DNA from: Macrostomum lignano
Taxonomy: Eukaryota
Assembly: GCA_002269645.1 (NCBI GenBank)
Contig: NIVC01001445.1
Coordinates: 1 to 64,000, forward strand
DNA: 64,000 nt
Direction: 5' to 3'
Shown here: positions 12,729 to 25,445 of the stretch, in pieces
How the letters are laid out: every line of letters starts with the position of its first letter
Numbering within the stretch: the stretch's first letter is position 1
Made by a program: the position numbers and the translations under genes
Notes under the pieces: model-generated
What the model saw: the letters and a program-made list of their open reading frames with translations, nothing else
Database searches by the model: none
Told to the model about the DNA's origin: nothing

Positions 12729-13571
12729 CAAGAACAGTTTGGCCGTCGGATTGGGGTCAGAAAAATATCTGCATAAACTGTGTCTGCACACAGGAACACT
12801 TATAGCAAGTGCCACTTTCAAATAAATAATCTGAAGTTCTGAATGCGCTTTACTTTGGCCAGTTTGCGCTAAAACTGGTCCTCCTGGTCTGCCATTCGCT
12901 TCCTTCGAGTACAGCGATGGCTAGCGATGGCTAACTTTGAAATTTAGCTGAAATAATAACTGGTATTAACTGGTATGCGCCAGTTCTAAAACCAACTACC
13001 GAGTCAACGTGCAGAAATCTAGTGTAAATACAAGTTTTGACCGTTTAATGTATGTGTACATGTACGTGTACTATAATGGGGTTGTTGCATATAATTTTGC
13101 GATGCTGCCAAAAATCACGCAGTTTTTTCCATTTCCCTTGACCCCTGAGGACACCCCTGAACACGCTATGTGTGTAACACTTTTCTATAGCCTTTCTCAC
13201 GGGTAATAAATTGAAATGGAAATTTCAAGCTACTCGCATCCATCAGCCAGACACAAACAGGTCGGTCCCTAACGCTTTATTACGCTGATATTAACCCGGA
13301 CCTTTTAAACTGATAGATTTTGATTTGCACCTGTATATTCTGTTCAACAAGTTAGCAATGACGTTATCAGCTTAAATTAGCTAAAGGTACTTATTTTTAT
13401 GAGCATGAATTTTGATTCACCAAAATTTGTCTATGGTAGTAAATCAAGTGAAATCTGCAATGGCAAATTTAGCGTAAATTGAAATAAAAATAAAAAAGTT
13501 AAATATTTTTGTACCCACCCATACTTGCTCAATCCGCCTCTGTCTCAGACTTGCCAGCTATAGCTATTCTA

Positions 13572-14055
13572 ATGGTGACTCGAGCCATCGCATTCGCAGT
13601 TTGTGTGTGCTTTGCGGTTTTATTTTCTGCTGGCGATTGTTGCACCTGTGAGTTGTTGCTGAACCTCCTCTACTCGTGCCTACATTTGCTGGAATCAGTT
13701 AATTTTTTATCCGCAACTCCCTACCAACCAAATTGTAGCCACAGTAAAAAAAGCTATCGTAGTGCCGAAGCCAAAGCTCATCGGCTGCTTCAAGGACGAG
13801 GTGCTCAACCGTGACTTCACTGAATACGGCGGCCTACGAATTAACAGAATGGACGCTGAGCAGTGCCAAAAGTTGTGCACCCCGTTGGCAACAACCTACA
13901 TGGGCATACAGGGAGATGAATGTTGGTGCGGCAACTCGTTTGGCAAACACGGCCAGGGCACGGAGAGGGACTGCGGCCAGGTGTGCTCCGGTAGCATGGA
14001 TGAGCACTGCGGCGGGGAAAACTTCAATAGCGTGTACGAGGTTTCACCCGAATAA
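13572..14055 (+). CDS. Small secreted single-WSC-domain protein (~122 aa); exons 13572-13647 and 13763-14055
   Basis: Signal-peptide exon MVTRAIAFAVCVCFAVLFSAGDCCT, a phase-1 GT-AG intron, then the WSC cysteine pattern IGCFKD..CQKLC..YMGIQGDECWCGN..C..CSG..CGG..VY. Confidence 0.85.
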
Positions 14056-15380
14056 TTATTTTCAAGCTGAAGACACGATGCACGGTAGTTCGGTAACTTA
14101 CTTTTTTATACTACTTGTCAATGTGTACTGAGCTTTGAAAAGTACATAGTGTACTGAGCTACACAATCTTAGATGTATTCTTAATTTCCATCGTAAGAGA
14201 CTACTAGTAGTAGGATTTCGGTTGAATTTTTTGCTTCTGTTAAAAAGAATAGCTATATGTCATACAACTCATATGATAGCACGAAGCGTTTTCTGTTATA
14301 TATCAAAACGTATAATGTTTTTCTAATGTTTTAATGTCGTCAGCATTTTCTAAATATTTTCATATGCTAACACAAAATTTAATTAGACCTCGTGATGCAC
14401 GTGCACAATGCCACAGGTATACATATATGACTCATTTCATGAGTATCGAGAATTTTGCAGATCCTTGACTAGATCCACACCGGAACTGCTTGAATCTTTG
14501 AATTAGAAAACAGACTTTCGATATGCAACAAATTATTTTTAAGACTGTCATGTGTAGCGGGTATGAACCATAAATGCACACACATGTATGCCTGAAGTTG
14601 TTTCACTGCTTTAAAGTACATCATTAAATTTTGAAACGCACCAAAATATACATGTAGGGCGTCATTTATTACACATTTTTTCTTGCGCCTAGTATATGAA
14701 AACTGTAAATCATACTGTTTCACTTAAATCTGGAGATATGGACATGCATTTAGATAATGAATAAATATAAACTGTATTTCCATGTTTTGTGCGTGTCCCA
14801 TCAGTTCTTGTTTGCGCGTCCTTTCTCATCACACGTAGCATCGGCCTCGTGTAGATGGCTGCAATCAATCAACAAATTGAGCTGACAAACCAGATCACTT
14901 CTGAAATATAGGTGCAGAAGTGACCGTTTTTTCACCACTCATTCAATTCTTAAGTCTCGCCAATAAAAAAGAAGCTGGATCAGTTCTGTACTTGGGTCTC
15001 TGGTTATGGACGTTGTGACGGTTTGAGTTCTTGTACATCGTATTAGCAAAAGTAATTAATAATTTGTATTTGTGTACGTACTGGCTGACCTGTTAATCAG
15101 AGAAAGTTTTTCACTATATTTTTAAATCTTAATACTCCAATTTCAAATGACTATAAAAAAAGGTTTGAACCTTGAATAATTTCCCTGCACTCTGTTTGTC
15201 TCGTTTTGTCGCTCGTCGCTTTTGGCCTTATGCTGAGTCTAATAATTTGTAGATAAATATATTGAATAATTCGAAGATTTTTCGACAGTATTTCGACAGC
15301 TCGACCTTGTAATTCGCCTAATCCACTAGGCTTATTCACTACATGTAAATCCTGATAGACCGCTACACCACACATCAACG

Positions 15381-15551
15381 ACGTATCTGTTTCCCCATAG
15401 ATATCCGTATTGATATTCAATTTCTAAAAAATGCAGCAAAATAAACTTACTTGTACAGCTCGGATTTGCATGAAAATTTACAGAAAATTTATTACACACA
15501 AAACAAACGCCTGTGTGAAATTTCAAGTCTATCAGACCACGCAAAGCGGAA
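15381..15551. repeat. ~170-bp dispersed repeat, inverted relative to the copy at 18219-18388
   Basis: GATATCCGTATTGATATTCAATTT...CCACGCAAAGCGGAA is the reverse complement of 18219-18388 with scattered mismatches. Confidence 0.85.
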
Positions 15552-15759
15552 CGACAATATTTTTAAAAGTACTCGTTCAGTACGAGTATTTATAGTGAAC
15601 AAGCTGTTTAAACCCGGGGAATTTCAATCCCCGGAACTTGATCATGTTGGCTAGTGGTGTTGCGCAAGAATGTCAGGCAATGTCTGTCTTAAAACAAGTA
15701 TTGGCAAACTCCGACCTCTGCCCCTGCGCCTTCCTATACGTCCCTTGGATCCTTTGAAA

Positions 15760-16236
15760 CTTCTGTCAATTCTCTCCTGTTTCCTCTTTTCTGTCTCGTC
15801 TCTTATCTCTTCTCTTCTTTCCTCTCTCCTTTCTTCCCTCTCCCCTCTTTTCTTGTCTCTCCTTATCTTTCTTCTCTCTCGTCTTTGGTCTATCAGCTCC
15901 CCTTTCTCATCTTTTTTTTGCTCTGTTATCTCTTCTCATTTATCTCTGCTCTCTACTCTCTCTTCTCTCTCCCCTATGTATAAATTCTCACTCCTCACTC
16001 TCCTCTCTCTCACGACACTTCCCATTTCTCTCCTCTCTCCGATCTCTTCTCTCTACTCTCTGCTCTTGTTTCTCATTTCTCCTATCATCTCTTTACTTTC
16101 TCCTCTCTCGTCTCGATCCTCTGTCATATATCTTTCCTGTCTCATCCTCTCTCTCATATCTGATCTGTAGTCTCCTTTTATCATCTCTCCTCTCTCCTCT
16201 CAACTCCCTCCTCTACTCTCACCTCTCCTCTCCATC

Positions 16237-16315
<79 letters not shown>

Positions 16316-16500
16316 CTTATCTCTCTGTTCTCTGCTCTCTCATCTCTCATCTCCTTTCTATTCTCTCCCCTCTCCATTATTCTCTTTCCTCTCCTCTCCC
16401 CTGTCTCTCCCTTTCCCCTCTCTCCCCTGTGCTCTTGATTCTCTCCCCTCTTCTCTCCTCTTTCCTCACTCCACTTCTCTCTCCCTTTGTCACTCCTCTA
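15760..16500. repeat. CT-rich low-complexity tract including a pure (CT)n run
   Basis: Direct observation; similar tract at 17350-17700. Confidence 0.9.
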
Positions 16501-16967
16501 TGCTCTGGTCTCTGTAATAGTACATTAATACGGCGCCCGAGGATTTCTCATTAACGCCCGCAAAGCATGGGTATTACTATTATTGTGCCATAGACATTCG
16601 TGTCCTTGACAAAGTGGGACAAAATTAGCGGGCAGTTAATGACATTGTTTAGCAATTTGACGATCATTATTCGCATTTTTTATGCAGACCAATACATGAC
16701 TGCAAACAATGCATTGTTTTTAGGATCGTCAGACAGAAAAACAATGCAAAGAATCAGCGGTCGCAGCACGTGACAACGATTTGTCTATGGCTCGCGCTCG
16801 CCAGACAATAGTACATTAATACCCATGCTTTGCGGGCGTTAATGAGAAATCCTCGGGCGCCGTATTAATGTACTATTACAGAGACCAGAGCATAGAGGAG
16901 TGACAAAGGGAGAGTGAAGTGGGGTGAGGAAAGAGGAGAGAAGAGGGGAGAGAATCAAGAGCACAGG
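16426..16967. repeat. Local inverted duplication (arms 16426-16576 and 16817-16967)
   Basis: ~150-bp arms are reverse complements (CCTGTGCTCTTGATT...CATGGGTATTA / TAATACCCATG...AATCAAGAGCACAGG). Confidence 0.85.
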
Positions 16968-17176
16968 TCTATGTGCCATAGACATTTGTGTCCTTGACAA
17001 AGTGGAACAAAATTAGCGGGCAGTTAATGACATTAACTGCCCGCTAATTTGCATTAGAGTAAGTTTGAAATAGACCATCGGGCGTTAAATGTCATTAACT
17101 GCCCGCTAATTTGAATTAAAGTAAGTTTGACTCCTGCAAGCGGGCTTAAATGTAGTCTATGGCATTAAAAGGCAAG

Positions 17177-17350
17177 AATAAGTGCCCAGCGGGCACAAAG
17201 GTCATGGTACAATAAGTGCCCAGCGGGCACAAAGGTCATGGTACAATAAGTGCCCAGCGGGCACAAAGGTCATGGTACAATAAGTGCCCAGCGGGCACAA
17301 AGGTCATGGTACAATAAGTGCCCAGCGGGCACAAAGGTCATGGTACAATA
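17177..17350. repeat. 34-bp tandem repeat x5 with an internal hairpin GTGCCC-AGC-GGGCAC
   Basis: AATAAGTGCCCAGCGGGCACAAAGGTCATGGTAC repeated exactly, without spacers. Confidence 0.95.
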
Positions 17351-18218
17351 GCTTCTCTCTTATCACTTCTCTCTCCTCTGTTCTCTCTATTCTACCATCT
17401 GTCGTCTGTTCACTCTCGTCCCTGCTCTCTCGATCATCTCCACTCTCTTCTGTCATCTTTACTCTCTTATATGTTCTCAACTGTCTCCTCTGTACTATTT
17501 TCTTTCCCCTCTTATGACTCCTCTCTTTCAATCTCTTCTCTCCTCTCTCTCCACTCTCTAATCTCTACTCCCTCTTTCTCATCTCTACTTTCTCCTCTCT
17601 CCTCTCTCTCAGATCATCTCATCTATCTCATCTCTACTTTCTCCTCTTTCTTTTTTCTGTCTCATCTCATCTCTCTCATCTCTACTTTCTACTCTCTCCT
17701 CTCCTTGTTGCAAAGACATGTTTTCGCATTAGTTCCTTGATTTTTATACAGCTGTACATGTACGTGAATGTCACCATTACTCGTAGATGGACCTTTCCAG
17801 TTCCTTATTTTAGGAGCGAGAGGTTCTAGCTAGATTCTGGTTCTGAGTGCACTTGTGGCAGTCGCGACTGCCAATCTTCCATTCGCAAAAGGGTCGTGAG
17901 GCTGCTGCTTTTTGCTGCTAATTTTCTGACTACGTCTCTCAGATTTCATGATGTCAGATTTAAACAGTGACATAGAAAAATATATATGGCCGCCGCGCCA
18001 TCCCGTTGTTTTTAGTTTCTTCGCCCGCTTTTTTCATCCCCTTATGCAGATGTTCGATTACGAGTTATGTAATGTAATTTAATCAATTTATGCTAAGGAC
18101 CACTCGGACTGGGAATAGACTGTAAGGACCTATAGATACGGGCCTATGCACTTCGCGTTGCGTCGCTTAGCAGGCATAATGCATTATATAAATACGAGCA
18201 CCTTTAAAACTATTGCCA

Positions 18219-18388
18219 TTCCGCTTTGCGTGGTCTGATGGACTTGAAATTTCACACAAGCGTTTGTTTTGTGTGTATAATAATTTTTCTGTAAATTTTC
18301 AGGCAAATCTGAGCTGTACAAGTGAGTTTATTTTGCTGCATTTAGAAATTGAATATCAATACGGATATCTATGGGGAAACAGATACGT
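18219..18388. repeat. Second (inverted) copy of the 15381-15551 repeat
   Basis: Reverse-complement match. Confidence 0.85.
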
Positions 18389-18827
18389 TCATCAGCGACA
18401 GTCGTCAACAAAAGGAAAATAGGCCGCCTACAACTTCGTAATCGTCACAGACGTCATTCTTATTTCGATACATGTTTAAAAGTTGATGTTAATTATTTTA
18501 TTGTGAAGATATTTGTATAGCAGACAAGTTCTTAAAGACTAGAGCAATGCTATTTTTATTTCAACTTAATTTTTACTAAAAATTAAAAATTATCTAGAAG
18601 CACATTACACTTGTGGAAAGTAGGTAACTTGTTAATATCGAGGACTAACTCAAGCTATAGACAGTAAACTCAAGTACAAGTTGAGTAGCTACTCAAGTAG
18701 AATGTTGAAATTTTCGCAATACTGTATGTCAGTCAGTACTCATAGCATATCTAAAAATGATGATTTTTCTCTGTGTCCATATGACCATATCAGTGCTCCT
18801 AGGGCCTAATATTTTGCACTTTAGGCT

Positions 18828-20550
18828 GTACACAATCCACTTCGGTAACAGCCATTTCGGTAACAGCCACTTCGGTAACAAAAAATGAATATTTTGGTAA
18901 CTGCCACTTCGGTAACAAAGCAGATATACGACTGTCAACACAATATTTTTATGATAATTAGGTTTGGCAATAATTAATTTAATAATTAACATTTCAAATA
19001 TCTTATTGCACATATCGTTAAACTTTCTAGTTAAACTTTATTATACTTTGTTTAAACTTGCGCGGTAACTTTGTAAAACATTTTAAGGCAAAGAAAATTA
19101 AGCAAAGCTCGAGCTATATATGAGGTGGGGGCGGAGAAGAAAAGAATGGGGTGTTGCGTGTTGGAGTGGGCGGTTTCTAATGTTTGAAATTCCGCTTCCG
19201 AATTCACGGCGCACATAAGGCCGGAAAATTTCTCGAATTGATGCACTGATTCTTCTCCTTGGTTACTCCGTCTGCCGGGGTCTTCAATTCCGGGGGGGGG
19301 GGGTAGTTGTAATCGCAGTCGAGCGGTCTTTTAGCGGCACGGTCGTTCAAATTGGGTCCTCAGACACCGTAAAATTCGTGATCTGTCGGTATGCTCGGTT
19401 TGTTACTATCAGTAGTAAAGTAGCGCTGCCACCACCGTAATTTCGTATTACGGAGCGTTAAGGGTCTCAGAGCTTTCTTTGAGATGAGACTTATTGGTTA
19501 TTTTACGGCCCGCGGGCAAATGACTTAAAAGAGACTATAGGCTTCGATTCGGAACAACTGAAAAAATTATTAAATATTGGCCGTAGCTTTTTGTTATTAA
19601 TATTACTTCACGCAAGATAACAAATAATAGAAGCAAGCTTATTAGAAGTTATTGGTTGTAGTTTAGATTAATAAAAGGCTCCCTACGACAGGGTGATTCG
19701 GCGTGCCGAGAGTTGACTGACGAACTAAAGTTAAAATGCTACGCAAATGTCAATGAAGTGGTTGACTATTAATCGAACGAGCTGGTAAACTATTAGCACA
19801 AAGAAAACAAGTACAGAGGCACAAGAGAAAAATACAAAAAGGGAGAAAGGAAGGGCGGCTAGGGAGTCTTTAACTGAGAGTGCCGCAGGCAAAGATTTTA
19901 TACAGCAAAATTCACTTAAATTCAGGGTGTGGGACACAAGGGGGAGCACCGGGGGGAGCACAAGTTGGAAAGGGGCAAAAACCCGCGGGAGGAGCACAGT
20001 AAAACAAGGGCAAGAACAAAGGAAGGAGCAACAGGAGGAACAGAGGAGGGAGCAACAAATGGAAAAACTAACTATCATCCATTGGAGCCGCTGGTGACGT
20101 CAAATACCGCTCCTCCGGAGGGAGGCGTTGCGCGGTCGCCAACTGCTGCCGGAACCCCAGTGGTAGACCGGCCTATCACATATAGCTCCCATAAATTCAT
20201 TGAAATAGATTTTTTTAAATAATTAATGAAGAAAAAAGTAGATTCTATAATTTTAAGTCACTATTCGCTAACTAGATCAGAGATTCCAATGTACACGGTC
20301 ACAAAATTTGGTCAACTACAGGATGTCTCGGGTGCACGTAATCTGACTCATCCGGAAATTAAAATAAATCGGTTCAAACACTTTAAAACAAGTTAAACAT
20401 ATGCAGGTACGCATGTGTTTTGTCGTTCTTTCTTTAAAGTTTGTTCGCACATCCTTTCGGAGCATATCAATTAATGCATATTATATTATCCTCACTTGTT
20501 ATCGAAGTGGCTGTTACCGAAATGGCTGTTACCAAAGTGGACTGTTACCC
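18828..20550. mobile_element. Possible foldback/MITE-type element with short repeat-built inverted termini (CACTTCGGTAACAGC)n
   Basis: The left array at 18838-18915 is the reverse complement of the right array at 20505-20550. TTAGGCT flanks both sides (18821-18827, 20551-20557). Confidence 0.4.
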
Positions 20551-21931
20551 TTAGGCTTAGGGCTTAATACCTACTGACAAGGGACACCTGACCCAAGGCA
20601 ATACTATGACATGCATAACATGTCTAAACAGTGTTACCTGGTGACTATTTACACTGTTGCTTTGCTTTTGCTACTTTTGTAGGGCCTATTGATTACAATG
20701 TGAATTCTATAAACACTAATAAATACTAAACCAGTTAAAAATAGAAATTAATAATAATATATTGCATTTTTAGCTTTTTATAGATAGTGTAGTATTGGGC
20801 TATCTAACTTACTTGTTAGGTCTAGGCTATCTAAAGATTCTAAGGGTTAAGGCATCACATGGGGCCTCAGTTGGATGGACATATAATCAGGAGATGGACA
20901 AAGGGTTGGACAAGCAAAACTTTACAGATAAAATGACAAAAAATGATTAAAACGAAAAATTGGAATTAAAGGTTCACACCGTTCACTTGCTAGATAGATA
21001 AATTTCACCTTTTGGGCCAGCCTCAAGGACCAACAAAGGGGGTGATGTCACACAAGAAGGGCTCTAGTTGGTCATGCAAAAGTTAAAAATTAGAATTACA
21101 AAAAATTAAGTAATAGTATCGATGTTAATAATTACTGTGGCAACCTAACTGCCACATATAATTGTAATGGTTTTATTCCTTGCCTTATTGGCAATCATTG
21201 AACTAGAATCGTATTGACAAATATTTTTCTGAATAATTGTAATGTACATTTGCTCTCTCTATCTACATTGTTGACTTGCATAATATAGCCATCACTGCCC
21301 CATGGGCCTTTGTTGATTTTTACATTGCCAAATACTGCGCATTACAAGTTACATAATTGTAACATAATTGTTATGTTGCATAATTACTTGTTTTTGCATA
21401 TTATGTTTCTTAGAAAATCGTATTTCAAAACTGCACTAAAAATAATTTTCTTTGTTTAACTATTGTAAAATCCAAAATTATTTTCGCAAAACATTCTTTA
21501 TTATAAACAGTTTACAATTCTTGTATAAATAGATGCTTGGTATAGGCCAAGAGAGACAACTTGCCCCTAAACTGCAAGGTAAGCAAGTTGCAAGATAATA
21601 TAATTTGTTCTGAATATTGAAATTGCTAGTTGCAGTATTTGAAAGACTTATTTCAAATATATATTGAAATATCTATTATTTTATTAGAATATTAGACTAG
21701 GATATATTTTTTCAATTTTGCACTTTGTCTTTGGCATATGTGCAACCATGTGTCTACCATGTGTCCAATTAGCCAATTTCAGGGTAACTATGATGGTATC
21801 ACTTTGGTTGTTATCCTATTTGGTTAATCATTTATTATTGTCCATAATTGTTTAGCCTTTGGCTTTGGGCTATTTATTGAAAAGATATAATTTAAAATCT
21901 TTTGCATAGCTAAAGAAAGGTGTGTAAGTAG

Positions 21932-22689
21932 TATAGCTTTTTGCAGCCCATTTTGGCTTACGCCCATTTAATTTAATCCAAGATAGGTTTGCCAATGTAA
22001 CAGAGCTTTCGTCTATGGTAGCAAGGCTGCCACAGTGGCACTTAATTTAGTCCAACAAGCATCAATTTGGTCCATAGCTTTATTTGCAACTGTTGCAGAG
22101 GAGCAAGATCAGCCCCAAAGTTGTGGACCATGCTAGGTTGTCGAACGTATGCCACTGGCTTGTGATCAAAGCACTCAACAGAGGTGAACACCCAAAGGAC
22201 ATTGCAAGGTTGCTGAATATAGAAGAAAAATGATTTACAGCATCTATCAGCGTGTTGAAACCACTTCTGGCATAGGTCGCCTGTGAAAGGTGGCAATTGC
22301 CAAGGCAAGTTGCTAGAGACTCAGGTCTAACTGCTACTTAATGCAATTGAGACAAACCTTTTTGACATTGCAGAAAATGCAGCAGCAGTTGAAGGAACAG
22401 TTCCAGTTGGTTATCAGATTTGGACTATCAGCAGAGCTCTGGAAAAGCGACTGAAATTGCTGGTACAGACGCTGACATTCCAGTGGTGCGCAACAACCCT
22501 TAGGTGGTTCGAGAAGGCAAGAATTTGCCATTGGCTCACAAGCATTTGGACCAAATTGATGCTTGTTGGACTAAATCAAATGCCGCTGCGCCAGCCTTGC
22601 TACCATAGACAAAAGCTCCATTACATTGGCAAACCTATCTTGGATTAAATTTAATGCGCGTAAGCCCAAATAAGCTGCAAAAAGCTATA
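21932..22689 (+). mobile_element. Internally deleted IS630/Tc1/mariner-type DNA transposon
   Basis: 143-bp imperfect TIRs (21932-22074, 22547-22689) with TA at both ends. The interior encodes frameshifted double-HTH remnants: LVIKALNRGEHPKDIARLLNI / RKMIYSIYQRVETTSG / GGNCQGKLLETQ / TLQKMQQQLKEQFQLV..TISRAL. Confidence 0.65.
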
Positions 22690-23736
22690 TTAACTTGGCT
22701 AATATTTGTTTTACCAATTAAGAGTTGCATTTTATATAAAATATAATTTAAATTTGGTTTCTTTCTAAGTATTTGTTGTGCAAAGCTCAGAGCAAGTAGC
22801 TATTGCCTGTTGTACTCTATTTATTAGACTTGACAGATGTATAATAACTTCATATATCTATATAGATCATTACAACTACTATATATACTCCTAACCTATT
22901 TGCTTGCATATTCACCTAGCTTTATTGTTTGGTATTCATAACAGTACAATAATAAAAATTAGACTGAAAGTGTAATTAATCTTGTTTTAGACAACTAGAA
23001 ATATAGATATATCTATATATATCTTTTCTTATATCCAAAGAATGCCGTGGCCTCTTATCTTGTTCTTATTCTAAGGCAATGAAAATAAGGCTTAAAAGAA
23101 AAAAGTGGTGAAACTACTACACTTAAATTGCACCCAATTTTTTTATTTCAATATGCAGTTAAAAAATTCAATGTGCATATACATAATCTATGCACAAAAA
23201 CCCTGCCCATAAAAATACAAAACAATCAAACTCAATAGGGGCTATATAGCATACCATTTGTCCCCCAACTCTGCTACTATATATATACTATCATATTACT
23301 AGTTACCATATTACTAGCATACTATCATAATACTATCATATTACTAGTTATCATATTACTAGCATATTATCATAATACTATCATATTACTAGCTGTTAAA
23401 AAAATTTTTATTGTTATATTTGCTTATACAGACTTTTGTGCTTAATACATTTTGCAATCTTTCAATGATGTCTGATGATGAAAATTATGTTTGTGGCCAA
23501 AAGGGATGGGAAACAGTATCAGAAATGCAATTGAGCAGGAACAATAGTCAGTTAGTTAGTTAGGAACACTAGTCAATGGATAGTAATGTGTCACCCAATA
23601 TAGCACAGCACAAAATGCTTTGTTATGTAGACTCATATACCAAGATTTTATCCATAGACTATTGACTTGCCTAAATTTAATTATTTTTTTTATATTTTAT
23701 AATCTTATATCATGTTTCAAATTTGTACCTTTTCAG

Positions 23737-24967
23737 CATAGGCTATTTAGATATTTTAGTGGCGGCAGATATTTCTGGGCCACTATTGCAGCAGCTAGTA
23801 GTGCCAGTGCATTAGCATGCCTGCCCTGCGCCATTCATACAGCTGCGGGAGATCATCATAGTCATGTGAAAACTGGTCTTAAATCTAGCTCTTTAATGTC
23901 TGCATCTGCAGCATCTATTGGTAATAATTTGCATGGCAACTCACAAGATTCAACTGATGATGTACCTAATCAGGTGAGTAGCAAACTGGGCTCAGATATT
24001 TTATATGCTGATTTTCTAGATCCCAGGTTTGGGTCAAATGTTCTTAATTCCAGAATTAAATCCTCTATACTAGATCAATTCCACTCCCAGATCCCACTCC
24101 TGATCTCTATCCAACTCCCAGATCCCTAATCCCACTTCCAGATCCTTAATCCCACTCCCAGATCGCTAATCCCACTCCCAGATCCCTAATCCCACTCCCA
24201 GATCCCTAATCCTACTTCCAGATCCCTAATCCCACTCTCAGATCCCTAATCCCACTCCCAGATCCCTAATCCCACTCCCAGATATCTAATCCCACTCCCA
24301 GATCCCTAACCCCACCCCATATCCCTAATCCCACTCCCAGATCTCTAATCCTACTACTAAATCCCCAATACCACTCCAATTCCCAATCCCACATAGAGAT
24401 CCGCAATCCCACTCCCAGATCCCCAATGCCACTTACGGATGACCTGGCCGCATGACCGCTGTTGCCTCATACCAGGTGAAACTTGGTTGCGCCGCCGCCG
24501 TGTCGGCGGCTTCTGGCCTGCTGGACCTGCTGCTCCAGACGCTGGACAATGAGGCTGCCGCGGCCGAGTCCGCCGTGTCCGAGTGCCGTGCCCTGTCCGA
24601 ATCCGCCCCGTTGCCCCGCCGGCCTGACGCCGTGTCGGACCGGCTGACTGCAGCACGCGCTAACGCCAACGCCGCATTGGCGCGGCTGCACCGGTTGCGC
24701 GGGCGCGCGGACGCCGCCGTGGTGGCCCTCAACTCCGCCGTGGCCGCCGCTTTCGCCTGCGACGCCGAGGCCGCCTGCGGGCGTGGAGCCGAGCGGCTGG
24801 CCGCGGCGGAGGTGGCGCTGGCCGACTTGGACAAGCGGCTGTTCGGCCTGCGCCGCCACCTCACCGACGCCACGGTCGAGGAAATTTTCGACGCTGCCGA
24901 TGGCGCCGACGGCGGCGGCGATGACGGCGAGGACGGCGAAGATGACGACGATTGCGTCAAGAGTTGA
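23737..24967 (+). CDS. Putative last two exons (23737-23973, 24476-24967) of an uncharacterised Ala-rich helical protein with an acidic tail
   Basis: TTTTCAG acceptor, CAG|GTGAGT donor and a phase-0 join to the CCAG| acceptor. The second exon is strongly GC/codon-biased (VKLGCAAAVSAASGLLDLLLQTLD...DGEDGEDDDDCVKS*). The first exon is less certain. Confidence 0.5.
24075..24425. repeat. 20-bp minisatellite (CCCACTCCCAGATCCCTAAT)n, intronic
   Basis: Direct tandem repeats. Confidence 0.9.
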
Positions 24968-25049
24968 ATGTTTTGATCCTGAGCGGGGTCTTTAAGCTTG
25001 TGGCTTGCGGGCAATGTGTTAACTTGAGCCTTCTTAAGTGGGCTGAGGT

Positions 25050-25445
25050 CAGATTCCGGATCCCCATATCAGTGAGCTCAGTCAGATCCCGGAGCCCCAT
25101 ATCAGTGAGCTCAGTCAGATCCCGAATCCCATGCATATCAGTGAGCTCAGTCAGATCCTGAATCCCCATGCATATCAGTGAGCTCAGTCATATCCCAAAT
25201 CCCCATATCAGTGAGCTCAGTCAGATCCCGGATCCCCATACTCAGTGAACTCAGTCAGATCCCGGATCCCCATACTCAGTGAGCTCAGTCAGATCCCGGA
25301 TCCCCATACTCAGTGAGCTCAGTCAGATCCCAGATCCCCATACTCAGTGAGCTCAGTCAGATCCCGGATCCCCATACTCAGTGAGCTCAGTCGGATCCCG
25401 GATCCCCATACTCAGTGAGCTCAGTCAGATTTCACTCAGTCAGAT
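25050..25445. repeat. ~33-35-bp minisatellite (CAGTGAGCTCAGTCAGATCCCGGATCCCCATACT)n
   Basis: About 11 tandem copies. Confidence 0.9.

Noticed and set aside
17177-17350. CRISPR-like palindromic repeats (also considered for 33689-33890, 40692-41372 and 41995-42280)
   Set aside because: The units are contiguous with no unique spacers, there are no cas genes, and the context is eukaryotic.
24357-25014. Minus-strand ORFs (193, 130 and 99 aa)
   Set aside because: They are shadow frames of the GC-rich plus-strand exon, whose splice sites and codon bias are better.
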